Source: Gloeobacterales cyanobacterium (GTDB taxonomy: Bacteria > Cyanobacteriota > Cyanobacteriia > Gloeobacterales > PMM-0068). From it: DNA of 64,000 bases. The first letter of the stretch is position 1. The number at the start of each line of letters is the position of its first letter. The notes beneath the pieces are model-generated. The model was not told the DNA's origin. It did no database searches and saw only the letters and a program-made list of their open reading frames with translations. Shown here one piece after another: positions 9,965-19,406 of the stretch. The stretch lies in the NCBI GenBank assembly GCA_038245785.1, contig JBBRSB010000001.1:32001-96000 (forward strand). The letters are read 5' to 3'. A program made the position numbers and the translations under genes.

Positions 9965-11254
9965 CTAAGACTCCAGGTCTTTGATTTCCTTGGGAATAGC
10001 ATGGGTAAGAACTTTTGGGCCTTGCTCGGTGACCAAAACATCATCTTCAATGCGAATACCGATGCCTCGGAAGGCTTCCGGCACCGTTTCGCAGTCTGGC
10101 GCAATGTAAAGTCCTGGTTCTACAGTCAACAGATTACCCGGTGCCAGTTTGTACCACTCCTGCTCAGAAGTTTTATAGGCACCGACATCGTGGACATCTA
10201 AGCCCAGCCAGTGGCCCGTACGATGCATATAGAACTCTTTGTACTTGCTTTCTTCAATCAGCTGGTCCACAGAACCTGAAAGCAAGCCTAAGTCCACAAG
10301 TCCCTCGGTCAGGACCCGGACCGCTTTATTGTGAGCACCTTCATAGGGATTACCGACCTGTACTTCTTGGATCGCTGCTTTTTGGGCTTCTAGCACTACT
10401 TCATAGACGGCTTTTTGTTCTGGGCTAAAGCGTCCACTGACCGGAAATGTGCGCGTAATATCTGCGTTGTAGTAGCCATAGGAGCATCCGGCATCGATCA
10501 GCAAGAGTTCCCCCGCTTCTAACTTCTTTTTATTCTCGATATAGTGCAGGATGCAGGCATTCTCGCCAGCCGCAACAATCGAAGGATAAGCTGGGCCTTG
10601 GGCTCCGCTTTTTCGGAAGATGTACTCCATCAGGGCCTGGATTTCATACTCATAGACCCCAGGTTTTGCCAATTCCCGTGCTTGGTTATGGGCATCAGCA
10701 CTAATTGCAATTGCTCGCTCAATCAGGGCTAGTTCTGCGGGGTCTTTATATAGACGCAAGTTATGGATAATCATGCCCGGATCGTCCATCCCGACAGGAC
10801 CTTTGCCTGTGCGGACGCGATTGCGCTGGAAGTAGTCTAACCACTTGAGCATCCGCTGGTTGAACGCTTCGTCCCGCCCCAACTTGGTATAAATCCGGCC
10901 AGCGTCTTTTAGATAGCCAGGCAGATGCTGGTCTATTTCTTCAATGACATAGGCAATGTCTGCCCCAAAACGGTCGGTCGCTCCTTCTACTCCGGCTCGA
11001 ATGCCATGCCAGATCTCCTGCTCTCGGATCCGGGGCCGTACGAATAGGACAAATTGATGCTCCGCGTGATCAGGTGCAAAGACGGCGACAGCACCAGGTT
11101 CATCAAAACCAGTCAGGTAGTAGAAGTCACTATCTTGGCGGAAAGGAAATTCAACATCGCTGTGATGGACTTGCGGAGGAGCACTGGACAGGACGGCAAC
11201 GCCATCTCCCAAAGCTTTTAGGAAACGCTGACGGCGATGCTGGAATACATCCAT
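9965..11254 (-). CDS. pepP: Xaa-Pro aminopeptidase (aminopeptidase P)
   Basis: FRQDSDFYYLTG, DAGC, DITRT, HWLGLDVHD, EPGLY, GIRIEDD. Confidence 0.95.
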   Translation of the reverse strand: MDVFQHRRQRFLKALGDGVAVLSSAPPQVHHSDVEFPFRQDSDFYYLTGFDEPGAVAVFAPDHAEHQFVLFVRPRIREQEIWHGIRAGVEGATDRFGADIAYVIEEIDQHLPGYLKDAGRIYTKLGRDEAFNQRMLKWLDYFQRNRVRTGKGPVGMDDPGMIIHNLRLYKDPAELALIERAIAISADAHNQARELAKPGVYEYEIQALMEYIFRKSGAQGPAYPSIVAAGENACILHYIENKKKLEAGELLLIDAGCSYGYYNADITRTFPVSGRFSPEQKAVYEVVLEAQKAAIQEVQVGNPYEGAHNKAVRVLTEGLVDLGLLSGSVDQLIEESKYKEFYMHRTGHWLGLDVHDVGAYKTSEQEWYKLAPGNLLTVEPGLYIAPDCETVPEAFRGIGIRIEDDVLVTEQGPKVLTHAIPKEIKDLES

Positions 11255-11590
11255 AGAATGAGCTTATATACAGGCTTTTCTATCCTAAGACTGGGAGGCT
11301 TCAAGCTACAACTTTCTGTGTTCGACTACTGCTTTTGGAAATATTGAGCCACAATGAGTATAAGTTCCGTATATCGCCATGTGGGTTGTCATTCTGGAAA
11401 AGCAAGTCATCCGCTCAGATGTTGTCTGTGGCTCATGTTTACTGGCAAATTCCCAAGGGCATCCCCGTTACGATAAGGACCGTTTGCGTTGTGGCAGGCT
11501 ATCGCAAACGTCGTCAGAAGCTATCTCGCAGTACCAATGTACGATGGGATTCCGACTTGCCCAAACTTTAGAATCGACAGGAGAGCCTTC

Positions 11591-12082
11591 ATGACGTGGC
11601 GCGGTAGTGCTACTGTACAGGACCGGATTTTCGGCAGCTTGATCTATATTCTGCCTATCGGAGATGCGGTGCTTTTTGGCGGAGACCTGCTTAGTCAGGT
11701 TGGCCTCAGTAGTATATATAATTTTTTGGCGCCTCTAGCTGCCTTGAACAGTGGCTTCGGCGGTCTGATCCTCTTTTTTGCACTCTTCATTCTCGTGATT
11801 AACAACCCAAATATTGCCCATTTCATCCGCTTTAACGTGTTTCAGGCCCTACTGCTTTTGATTGCTACAACCCTCTACTCTCTAGTGTTTGGCGTGTTGT
11901 TCAATATCTTTGGTCAGATTCCTGAATTGGGCTCTTTGGTGGTCCTACTCAAGCAGACCCTGAATAACACGGTATTTCTGGCGGTGACGGTTGCCTGTTG
12001 CTACTCCATTTTCAAGAGTGTGACCGGGAAGTATGCCGATATCCCCAAGCTGTCTGACGTGGTTTATTCTCAAGTCCGATGA
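11591..12082 (+). CDS. Tic20/Ycf60 family membrane protein
   Basis: MTWRGSATVQDRIF start, HFIRFNVFQA, GKYADIPKLSDVVYSQV; AGGAG before ATG 11591. Confidence 0.88.
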   Translation: MTWRGSATVQDRIFGSLIYILPIGDAVLFGGDLLSQVGLSSIYNFLAPLAALNSGFGGLILFFALFILVINNPNIAHFIRFNVFQALLLLIATTLYSLVFGVLFNIFGQIPELGSLVVLLKQTLNNTVFLAVTVACCYSIFKSVTGKYADIPKLSDVVYSQVR

Positions 12083-12129
12083 ACTACCCCAGAACCTACT
12101 AATCTGGAGGAAAGCTTTCTTGAGGGATC

Positions 12130-12675
12130 ATGGCAGTTTTTGAAGGTAGATTAGACAGTACTAAGGGTTTACGCTTTGCAATCGTAACGGCCCGCTTTAA
12201 CGATTTAATTACGGGCAAGCTCTTGTCTGCCTGTAAGGATTCGCTGAAGCGTCACGGCATAGATGTGAGCGATGAGTCTGACCAGGTGGACTATACCTGG
12301 GTCCCAGGGTGCTTTGATATGCCCGTGATTGCCTATCGTATGGCTTTGACGAGACGCTACGACGCAATTATCTGTCTGGGAGCTGTGATCAAAGGCCAGA
12401 CGCCCCACTTCGACATTGTTTGTAAGAAAGTTGCCGATGGCATCGCCCAGGTGATGATGCAAACAGGGGTGCCTGTGGTATTCGGGGTATTAACTACCGA
12501 TACGATGCAGCAAGCCTTGGAGCGAGCGGGCATTAAGGATAATAAAGGCTGGTCTTTTGGGATGGATGCGATTGAGATGGCGAGTCTTGTGAAGGCTCTT
12601 CCTCCGCTTATAGGAGACACCTCCTCTTTAATGACTTCGGAAGGCAAGCTTTTGCCTGACCGCTCTAATTTTTAA
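12130..12675 (+). CDS. ribH: 6,7-dimethyl-8-ribityllumazine synthase
   Basis: [37 protein letters not shown]. Confidence 0.96.
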   Translation: MAVFEGRLDSTKGLRFAIVTARFNDLITGKLLSACKDSLKRHGIDVSDESDQVDYTWVPGCFDMPVIAYRMALTRRYDAIICLGAVIKGQTPHFDIVCKKVADGIAQVMMQTGVPVVFGVLTTDTMQQALERAGIKDNKGWSFGMDAIEMASLVKALPPLIGDTSSLMTSEGKLLPDRSNF

Positions 12676-12773
12676 TATTATCCAGGTGCTTGTGCCATCT
12701 GTGAAAGTGTCCCTTCAGGGCACTATTAGGGGCATGGAGTCTTTATGCTGTATCCAAGAGTTTATCTTCTACT

Positions 12774-13520
12774 ATGAATCCCTACGCTGCTGCTGTCTCT
12801 CTGCTGAAAGGTCCCGCTAACGCCAAGGCTGCGCCTGCGCCCTCCTATTTCTCTCCCTGGCTCATGTCTCTGGTCTATCCCATGGGGCGTTATGCCTTAC
12901 TTCCGGCTTACTTTAAGTCGATGGAGGTGACGGGACAGGAACATCTCTCGAAAAGTGGTCCTATCATTCTGGCACCTACCCATCGTGCTCGCTGGGATGC
13001 GCTGATGGTTCCCTATGCCGCTGGTCGCTATGTGACGGGACGGGACCTCCGGTTTATGGTTACTGCCAGTGAAGTAGTCGGCTTCCAAGGTTGGCTCATG
13101 CGCAATACGGGGGCTTTCCCGGTCGATACGGACAAACCCGCCATCTCTAGTCTCCGCCATGGCATGGAGCTTCTACAGCGAGGAGAGATTCTGGTTATCT
13201 TCCCAGAGGGAAATCTTTTTTATGAACGAGAAATCCAACCGTTGAAGCCAGGATTGGCTCGTCTTGCGCTGCAAACGGAGGCCAGCCAACCCGGTCTTGG
13301 GCTGAAGGTTGTGCCTATGGCCTTGCACTATGATCCAATCCAGCCTCGCTGGCGCTCTACGGTCTCTATCCGCATTGGTGCGCCGCTGCACGTAGATAGC
13401 TATGACGTGGATTCGATTAAGCGCAGTGCTCAAGTAATGACGAATGACTTGGATGCAGCTCTTAAAAAACTGGCCATGACTCCAGGGGTGGAAACCACGC
13501 GCTCAACTGTTCAGCGGTAA
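12774..13520 (+). CDS. plsC: 1-acyl-sn-glycerol-3-phosphate acyltransferase
   Basis: HxxxxD (THRARWD) and IFPEG motifs. Confidence 0.88.
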   Translation: MNPYAAAVSLLKGPANAKAAPAPSYFSPWLMSLVYPMGRYALLPAYFKSMEVTGQEHLSKSGPIILAPTHRARWDALMVPYAAGRYVTGRDLRFMVTASEVVGFQGWLMRNTGAFPVDTDKPAISSLRHGMELLQRGEILVIFPEGNLFYEREIQPLKPGLARLALQTEASQPGLGLKVVPMALHYDPIQPRWRSTVSIRIGAPLHVDSYDVDSIKRSAQVMTNDLDAALKKLAMTPGVETTRSTVQR

Positions 13521-13552
13521 TTGACAGGCCACAGTACCCATGAGAGTATAAA
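13521..13552 (+). promoter_or_regulatory. Probable promoter of tRNA-Ala
   Basis: Consensus -35 TTGACA at 13521-13526; the -10 element is ambiguous (GAGTAT at 17 bp or TATAAA at 20 bp). Confidence 0.45.
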
Positions 13553-13573
13553 GAGCGCTCGTAATGAGTGTGC

Positions 13574-13649
13574 GGGGCTATGGCGCAGTTGGTAGCGCAC
13601 CTCAATGGCATTGAGGGGGTCAGCGGTTCGAGTCCGCTTAGCTCCACCA
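13574..13649 (+). tRNA. tRNA-Ala(GGC)
   Basis: GGGGCTA/TAGCTCC acceptor stem with G3-U70, anticodon arm CCTCA-ATGGCAT-TGAGG, T loop GGTTCGAGTCC, encoded CCA; 76 nt. Confidence 0.98.
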
Positions 13650-13982
13650 AATTTTAAATTTATATCTGTAGTTGTTTCCTCTTCAGAAGCAGCCCTGCTC
13701 GATTTGCTCAGATCACGGGGTAAATTCAGTGAACTATCTGCCGAAGAGACGCAACAACGGTTACTACTGTACCTGCGCGAGGACGACCGCTTTAAGCGCC
13801 TAGCCGCCATCGCAAACTCCGAACCGCCGCGAGTTCGGGCCATGCTGGGTGCGATCGGGCAAGAACTCAAAAAGAGTGCCAAGCAGCTAGCCCCACTCCG
13901 CCAATCCTTGAACCCTATCTCGCGCTTCGACTTTGGCAAGCTGCGGAACTTGCGCTATGCAAAGGAATGGCAAGCCAAATGA
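13650..13982 (+). pseudogene. 5'-truncated AbiEi-like (DUF6088-type) antitoxin
   Basis: Only a C-terminal part remains (EAALLDLLR..EPPRVRAMLGAIG..SLNPISRFDFG..AKEWQAK), with no credible start after the tRNA; ATGA overlap with the toxin gene. Confidence 0.7.
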
Positions 13983-14953
13983 AGCTTTTTGAATCACCGG
14001 ACTTTTATGATGCAATCGTTGAGGCCACAGCGCACTTTACGGGTTCTGGCCTCACTGAACAGTTGATTGAGAAAGACTACTACGTCACCGAAGCCCTGCG
14101 TATCATTGCAACCCAATGGCCTAACCAAGTTATTTTCAAGGGAGGTACGAGCCTTTCTAAGGGTTGGAAACTGATTAATCGATTTTCGGAAGATCTAGAC
14201 TTATTTCTCAACAAGGATGCCTTTGCGCCTCCTTTAGGCACTGGTGGTAGAGACAAAACTCTAAAAGCTGTTGAACAGGCTGTAGGCGCATATCCAGCCC
14301 TAAAATATCTGCCAAAGTTAGAAAAAGGACGCAGCCGCTCTGAAAAAGGCATTTCCCGTACCAGTGATTTTGAGTATTCCATGCAATTTTCAGGCAATGG
14401 AGCGATTCAAAATCGAGTTCTTTTAGAAATGGGCATTCGCAGTGGCACCTTTCCCGTAGAATCGGTTCAGTTGACCTCATTTTTAGCTGAATTCTTACAT
14501 AATAAGGGCGACTCGCTAGAGGCAGAGGATGAAGCATCCTTCTCTATGCCATTGCTGCATTTCCGCAGAACATTTGTAGAAAAGCTATTTAGTCTACATT
14601 CCAAAATAATGCAGTACCAGCAAGACGGAACCTCCTTTGCTAACTACACCCGGCATTACTATGACCTGATGTGTTTAGCCCAACGCCCCGAAGTGAAAAA
14701 CATGCTCTAGTCAACAGAATATACCGCCATCAAACAAGACTGCGATCGCATTAGCCAGGAATATTTCAAAGAATACTACTATCGTCCTCAAGACCTAAAA
14801 TTTTCAGAGAGCATCGCTTTTTTCCCAACGGGCGAACTCAAGCAGGCGATCGCTAAAGAATATAAGCAGCAGTGTGACAACCTTTGTCTTAGCTCCTACT
14901 ATCCTTGGGAAGACGTTGAGCAATGCTTTGAGGAACTTCGTGCATGGCTATAA
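13979..14953 (+). pseudogene. AbiEii/AbiGii nucleotidyltransferase toxin with internal nonsense codon
   Basis: IEKDYYV, FKGGTSLSK, RFSEDLD, RTFVEK, RHYYD motifs; TAG at 14708-14710 is followed by 80 more in-frame sense codons to TAA 14951-14953. Confidence 0.85.
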
Positions 14954-15044
14954 GCAGCTTCATCTTAAAGCCTCTTGGCTCATCTAAACCGACCTTAGTT
15001 CAGGTCTAATTTCTTTTCATGAAGCCCAAACGAAATTTTAATGC

Positions 15045-16208
15045 TTATAATCGTGCCCATGGCATTGGCGTCATAGGTTCGAAGGAAGACGTCAACGTTC
15101 GAGGACTCCCCATTAACTGAGGGAATTGGATAGTCAGGACAATTTCATTAACGTGCAGTGCGTAGTTAGCGGATAGTCGGCACTGTCGCTTTTCTGTGAT
15201 GGCAGCAGCTAACTCTCCGACTCCACGGGCAAAGTCCATCTGATGAGAATCGCATTCATAACGGTGGCGATAGTTAGCCTTGCGGACCAGGGGATAGCGG
15301 CGATTCCGGTTCGCGAACTTCCGCAGGGGGCTCAATAATCGAAACCTTTCCGCCAGTGAGCTTAGCTTGTTGCGACGTCTGATATAAACCGGAGCATCAT
15401 AATTCCAACATTCCTCGGTGGAAAGTTCGCCCTCATCGCCAATAATATGCAAAGCATGGTCATGGGGAGCCACAATACTACAAGTTAGCCGGGCCACCAC
15501 CCCTGAAGGAAATTCAATGCACGCCACAGAGAAATCGGGGGAAACGACATCCAAGGGGAGCTCTGTTTGTTTATCTGGAATCAAACTAGAGGCAAAAGAG
15601 GTTACTTTTTTTGCCGGGCCGAAAAAGGCCGTGAGCCACGTGACATAGTAGCCCGCATGTTCCATCGTGCAGCCCACCTCAAATTCATCCTTATAAGGCC
15701 AAGGAGTGCCTGACTCACTGCGCCAGTGACCGTAGCGCATCCGATGAACTAGCCCATCATCCAGCTCAGCGTAGACCAAACGCACTTTCCCAATATCATT
15801 GAGACGGAGCGCTTGCCAGATAGTCTGAGCTGTTTCTCCCAGGACATTGCACGGTGCTGAAGTAATATATAACCCTTGCTTCTCCGCCAGGCGTACGAGC
15901 TGTTCTGCCTCCTCAAACACCATAGCTAGAGGCTTCTCCGAGTAGACATGCTTGCCCGCTTCCAAGCAAGCTTTAGAAACCTCAAAATGACTATGTGGAT
16001 TCGTTAAATTTAAGACGATTTCCACACTAGGGTCTGCCAACAATTTTTCAAAAGTGCTGTAGACAGGGAGTCCATAGAAAGCAGAAAAGCGATTAGCCCG
16101 CTCAGGGTCCAGGTCCATGACCCCTGCTACTTCTAATTCTGGATAGTTAGGAAGCGTTCTTAGATAATAATCCGCGACAAATCCGCACCCAACAATGGCG
16201 ACACGCAT
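15045..16208 (-). CDS. Gfo/Idh/MocA family oxidoreductase
   Basis: IVGCGFVA Rossmann start, GKHVYSEKP. Confidence 0.92.
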   Translation of the reverse strand: MRVAIVGCGFVADYYLRTLPNYPELEVAGVMDLDPERANRFSAFYGLPVYSTFEKLLADPSVEIVLNLTNPHSHFEVSKACLEAGKHVYSEKPLAMVFEEAEQLVRLAEKQGLYITSAPCNVLGETAQTIWQALRLNDIGKVRLVYAELDDGLVHRMRYGHWRSESGTPWPYKDEFEVGCTMEHAGYYVTWLTAFFGPAKKVTSFASSLIPDKQTELPLDVVSPDFSVACIEFPSGVVARLTCSIVAPHDHALHIIGDEGELSTEECWNYDAPVYIRRRNKLSSLAERFRLLSPLRKFANRNRRYPLVRKANYRHRYECDSHQMDFARGVGELAAAITEKRQCRLSANYALHVNEIVLTIQFPQLMGSPRTLTSSFEPMTPMPWARL

Positions 16209-16281
16209 TCCTGATTCTCCTCGTCTTGTATTCCTAGACCTAAGGACTATGCGAATAGATATAAATTACTTTCCCCCCAGC

Positions 16282-17349
16282 TTAGCAGTTCCATTGCGAG
16301 CGGATTGTATCCATTATTTCTACGATCCTCAAAGTCTCATCCAGAGGCATAATTTCACTCTCAAGTTTCCCCGCTCGCAAACAGCGCATAACCTCTGCAG
16401 CTTCATAGTTATAGCCATTACCTTCGATCCGTTCCTCAACTTTTTCTAGACGCTCGCTCAACAATCGCTCCAAATGAAAATAGACAGACCGTACTACAGG
16501 CAACTTTTTGACATAATTCAACCCATTTTGTCTCGGTGTTGATGACTCTGGTCCTTGGAATCGGGTAATGGAGAGCTTATGGGGTCGATAAAGAGGTGGG
16601 TGAATCCTAATCCGGCCACGGGTCCCGATGATTAAAGCCTCGCAGGATAGCTGGGTACACAAACTGGTATGAAGAATGGCCAGTTTTTCTTGCCCGTAGC
16701 TCAAAATAAACGCCGATTGTTCATCCACGCCGGTAGAACCAATCGATGCCTGACTGACGACTTGAGTAGGATTGCCGAGGAGATAGGATGCAAGAGAAAG
16801 GGTATAGATACCCAAATCAAATAAAGCACCTCCACCCTTCTGGCGGTTTGAAAAGCGATCATTTTCATTGAAAGCCACAGGGAAACCCAGGTTGGCTTCC
16901 ACCATGCGAACCTCTCCAATGGCACCAGCATCTAAGTAGTTGCGCAGTTTAGACATGACGGGCATGAAGCGCATCCACATGGCTTCCATACAAAACAACT
17001 GCTTGCGACGAGCTATAGCAATGATTTCACGTGCTTCCTTAGCATCAAGTGCAAATGGTTTTTCACAGAGCACACTCTTGCCTGCTTCCAGAGCAAGAAG
17101 GCAGTGGTCCTTGTGCCGATGGTTAGGAGTAGCAATGTAAATGACATCTAAATCTTTATCGTCAACGAGGTCTTCATAGTTCTTGTAGGCACGAGGCATA
17201 GAAAATAAACGAGCAAATTCCTCTGCCTTAGCCTGGCTGCGAGAACCAACAGCGAGCAATTGAGCATCAGGTAAAGACTGCAATCCCTGTGCGAAGTCTC
17301 TAGCAACTACTCCTGTGCCAAGGATGCCCCAACGAATTGTCTCTAGCAT
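16282..17349 (-). CDS. Gfo/Idh/MocA family oxidoreductase (dihydrodiol dehydrogenase-like)
   Basis: IRWGILGTG, VLCEKP, MEAMWMRF, GGGALFDLGIY. Confidence 0.92.
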   Translation of the reverse strand: MLETIRWGILGTGVVARDFAQGLQSLPDAQLLAVGSRSQAKAEEFARLFSMPRAYKNYEDLVDDKDLDVIYIATPNHRHKDHCLLALEAGKSVLCEKPFALDAKEAREIIAIARRKQLFCMEAMWMRFMPVMSKLRNYLDAGAIGEVRMVEANLGFPVAFNENDRFSNRQKGGGALFDLGIYTLSLASYLLGNPTQVVSQASIGSTGVDEQSAFILSYGQEKLAILHTSLCTQLSCEALIIGTRGRIRIHPPLYRPHKLSITRFQGPESSTPRQNGLNYVKKLPVVRSVYFHLERLLSERLEKVEERIEGNGYNYEAAEVMRCLRAGKLESEIMPLDETLRIVEIMDTIRSQWNC

Positions 17350-17463
17350 GGATATCCTCTAAATTTGCTGACGGATAACCTAGACCTGTCAGTTTAGGGC
17401 TTGGCCTTCTAAATCTAACAACCATCGTTCTGTTTCACTCTGTGCCCCTAGAGATTTTTTAGC

Positions 17464-18303
17464 TTATAGCATCGGAAGCACACGGGGACGAGTTCCGAGC
17501 GGAAAGGCTGCATCGATCCGGTCAAGTTCGGCTTGGGTTAGATGGAGTTCTCCAGCGCTCGCGTTTTCGGCGGCGTGATCGGGCTTGGAAGCCTTGGGAA
17601 TTGCATAGAGCGAAGGTCGTCGCACCAGAAACCGGAGCGCAACCTGCCGAGGAGTGGCGTTGTGGGCATCGGCAATTTCTTGGAGGACACACCCCTCGGA
17701 TGTGCGAAGACGGGGAAAGTTCCCTTGACCGAATGGACTGTAAGCAACCACTGCGACCCCATGCTTTTCACACCAAGGAATCACCGCGTGTTCGATTGCT
17801 CGTTCGTTCAAATGGTAGAGCACCTGATTGCAGACGAGACTACGACCGCCAGCAATCCTCCATGCTGCTTCTAGATCAGGCACATCGAAGTTGCTCACCC
17901 CCCAGGAAAGGATCTTCCCCTCATCCTGAAGTTGCTCGAAGGCAGCAATCGTTTCCTCTAAAGGATGTTGGCCGCGCCAGTGTAATAAGTAGGAGTCTAG
18001 TCGATCGGTCTTGAGGCGAGTAAGAGACTGCTCGCAGGCAGCAATCGTTCCACTTCGGGAGGCGTTTCCGGGAAGCACCTTTGAGACTAAAAAGACCTCA
18101 TCCCGTCGCCCATGGATCGCTTCAGCAATGATCTCCTCAGCATTGCCATACATCTCGGCGGTATCGATATGAGTCATTCCAAGATCCAGTCCTTGGCGCA
18201 AAGCCGCAATCGCGGAGACCCGATCGCCATTGTCAATATTCCAGGTACCTTGACCGATCACCGACACCTTGCGCTCCGTGGAACCGAATCGACGCTGTTC
18301 CAT
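17464..18303 (-). CDS. Aldo/keto reductase
   Basis: GQGTW, IDTAEMYG, YLLHW, WGVSNF, AIPKAS. Confidence 0.94.
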   Translation of the reverse strand: MEQRRFGSTERKVSVIGQGTWNIDNGDRVSAIAALRQGLDLGMTHIDTAEMYGNAEEIIAEAIHGRRDEVFLVSKVLPGNASRSGTIAACEQSLTRLKTDRLDSYLLHWRGQHPLEETIAAFEQLQDEGKILSWGVSNFDVPDLEAAWRIAGGRSLVCNQVLYHLNERAIEHAVIPWCEKHGVAVVAYSPFGQGNFPRLRTSEGCVLQEIADAHNATPRQVALRFLVRRPSLYAIPKASKPDHAAENASAGELHLTQAELDRIDAAFPLGTRPRVLPML

Positions 18304-18461
18304 GCCTATGCTCCTGGTTGAATTCGTTGCTTTTGAGACTTGGCTCTCTACGCGAACAATGGGGCGGGCGTATACCCTGGAAAGGGCCGCTCAAGCATAA
18401 ATAGCACCATACTATAGTATTAGAATCCGCTTCTTTGACACCTCCTCAACTGGAGCTGCCC

Positions 18462-18902
18462 ATGCAGACCACAACCCTCTATGACCAAGACTTTTACGCC
18501 TGGACTCAACGACAGGTAGAGCTACTGCAAGCAGGGCGCTGGAATGAGCTAGATATTGAGAACTTGATTGAGGAAATTGAGTCCTTGGGTAAGCAACAAC
18601 GCCAAGAGTTACGCAATCGCCTCGGAGTGCTCCTGGGTCATCTCCTCAAGTGGCGCTATCAACCCGAAGCCCGATCAAGAAGTTGGACCGCAACCATTCG
18701 GGAACAGCGACGGCGGATTCAAGAACACCTGCAAGACAACTCTAGCTTAAAATCTTATCTTCCAGAAGCGATCACCCGTGGCTACCAAGATGGGCTGGAC
18801 TTGGTCGAACGGGAAACTCCGATAGAGATAGAGACACTGCCCCAAACCTGCCCCTTTTCTATCTCGGAAATTTTCGAGGAACCAGTGGAATTAAAGCAGT
18901 AG
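18462..18902 (+). CDS. DUF29 family protein
   Basis: LYDQDFYAW, LIEEIESLG, HLLKWRYQP, SWTATIREQR, CPFS; GGAG before ATG 18462. Confidence 0.9.
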   Translation: MQTTTLYDQDFYAWTQRQVELLQAGRWNELDIENLIEEIESLGKQQRQELRNRLGVLLGHLLKWRYQPEARSRSWTATIREQRRRIQEHLQDNSSLKSYLPEAITRGYQDGLDLVERETPIEIETLPQTCPFSISEIFEEPVELKQ

Positions 18903-18918
18903 AAGTTTTCTGACATAC

Positions 18919-18950
18919 AAAAAGGGACATAGCTTACTTGCTATGCCCCT
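18919..18950 (-). terminator. Intrinsic terminator
   Basis: Minus strand reads AGGGGCATAGC-AAGTAA-GCTATGTCCCT then a T run; lies between convergent genes. Confidence 0.7.
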
Positions 18951-19002
18951 CTAGTGATTACTTGAAAATTAGAATAGTAGTTGTTAGATAACAGCTTTTG
19001 GC

Positions 19003-19272
19003 TTAGTTGCCGAGTTCCCAAACGTGGGCACCTACTTTTCTAGGACGCTGTGAGCCGAGAATAGGAGAAAGATATCCGGCGACCATCCAAGCGGCGTCTT
19101 CGGTAGCACCCGTCAGAACGTAACGGCCACGGCCTTTAGGCTCCAGGGTGCAATCCATATAGTGGCAGAGGACGCCAAGGGAATCAGGCCATTGCTTGCC
19201 TTCCTGATAAAGTTTAAATTGCTTTGCGTCTAAAGAAACTTGGTATTCTACGGGAGCGGTAGGGGCGAACAT
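19003..19272 (-). CDS. Hypothetical protein (89 aa)
   Basis: ATG-started ORF fills an intergenic gap and is followed by a terminator. Confidence 0.55.
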   Translation of the reverse strand: MFAPTAPVEYQVSLDAKQFKLYQEGKQWPDSLGVLCHYMDCTLEPKGRGRYVLTGATEDAAWMVAGYLSPILGSQRPRKVGAHVWELGN

Positions 19273-19406
19273 AAGCTTTATTTGTGAATCACTATATTCA
19301 TAGTAAAACGCAGGAAGCCCTCGGCTGATAACCGTGCCGACACGGAAAACGAATAGTTTATATATCAGTAAATCCCTGGTAAATATCCCGAGATGAACCT
19401 ATCCCC

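Noticed and set aside
13462..13939. Minus-strand ORFs over tRNA-Ala
   Set aside because: Antisense shadows of the tRNA and antitoxin fragment
13605..13982. 125-aa ORF as listed in the track
   Set aside because: Its start lies inside the tRNA; only the part after 13650 looks coding and is treated as an antitoxin remnant
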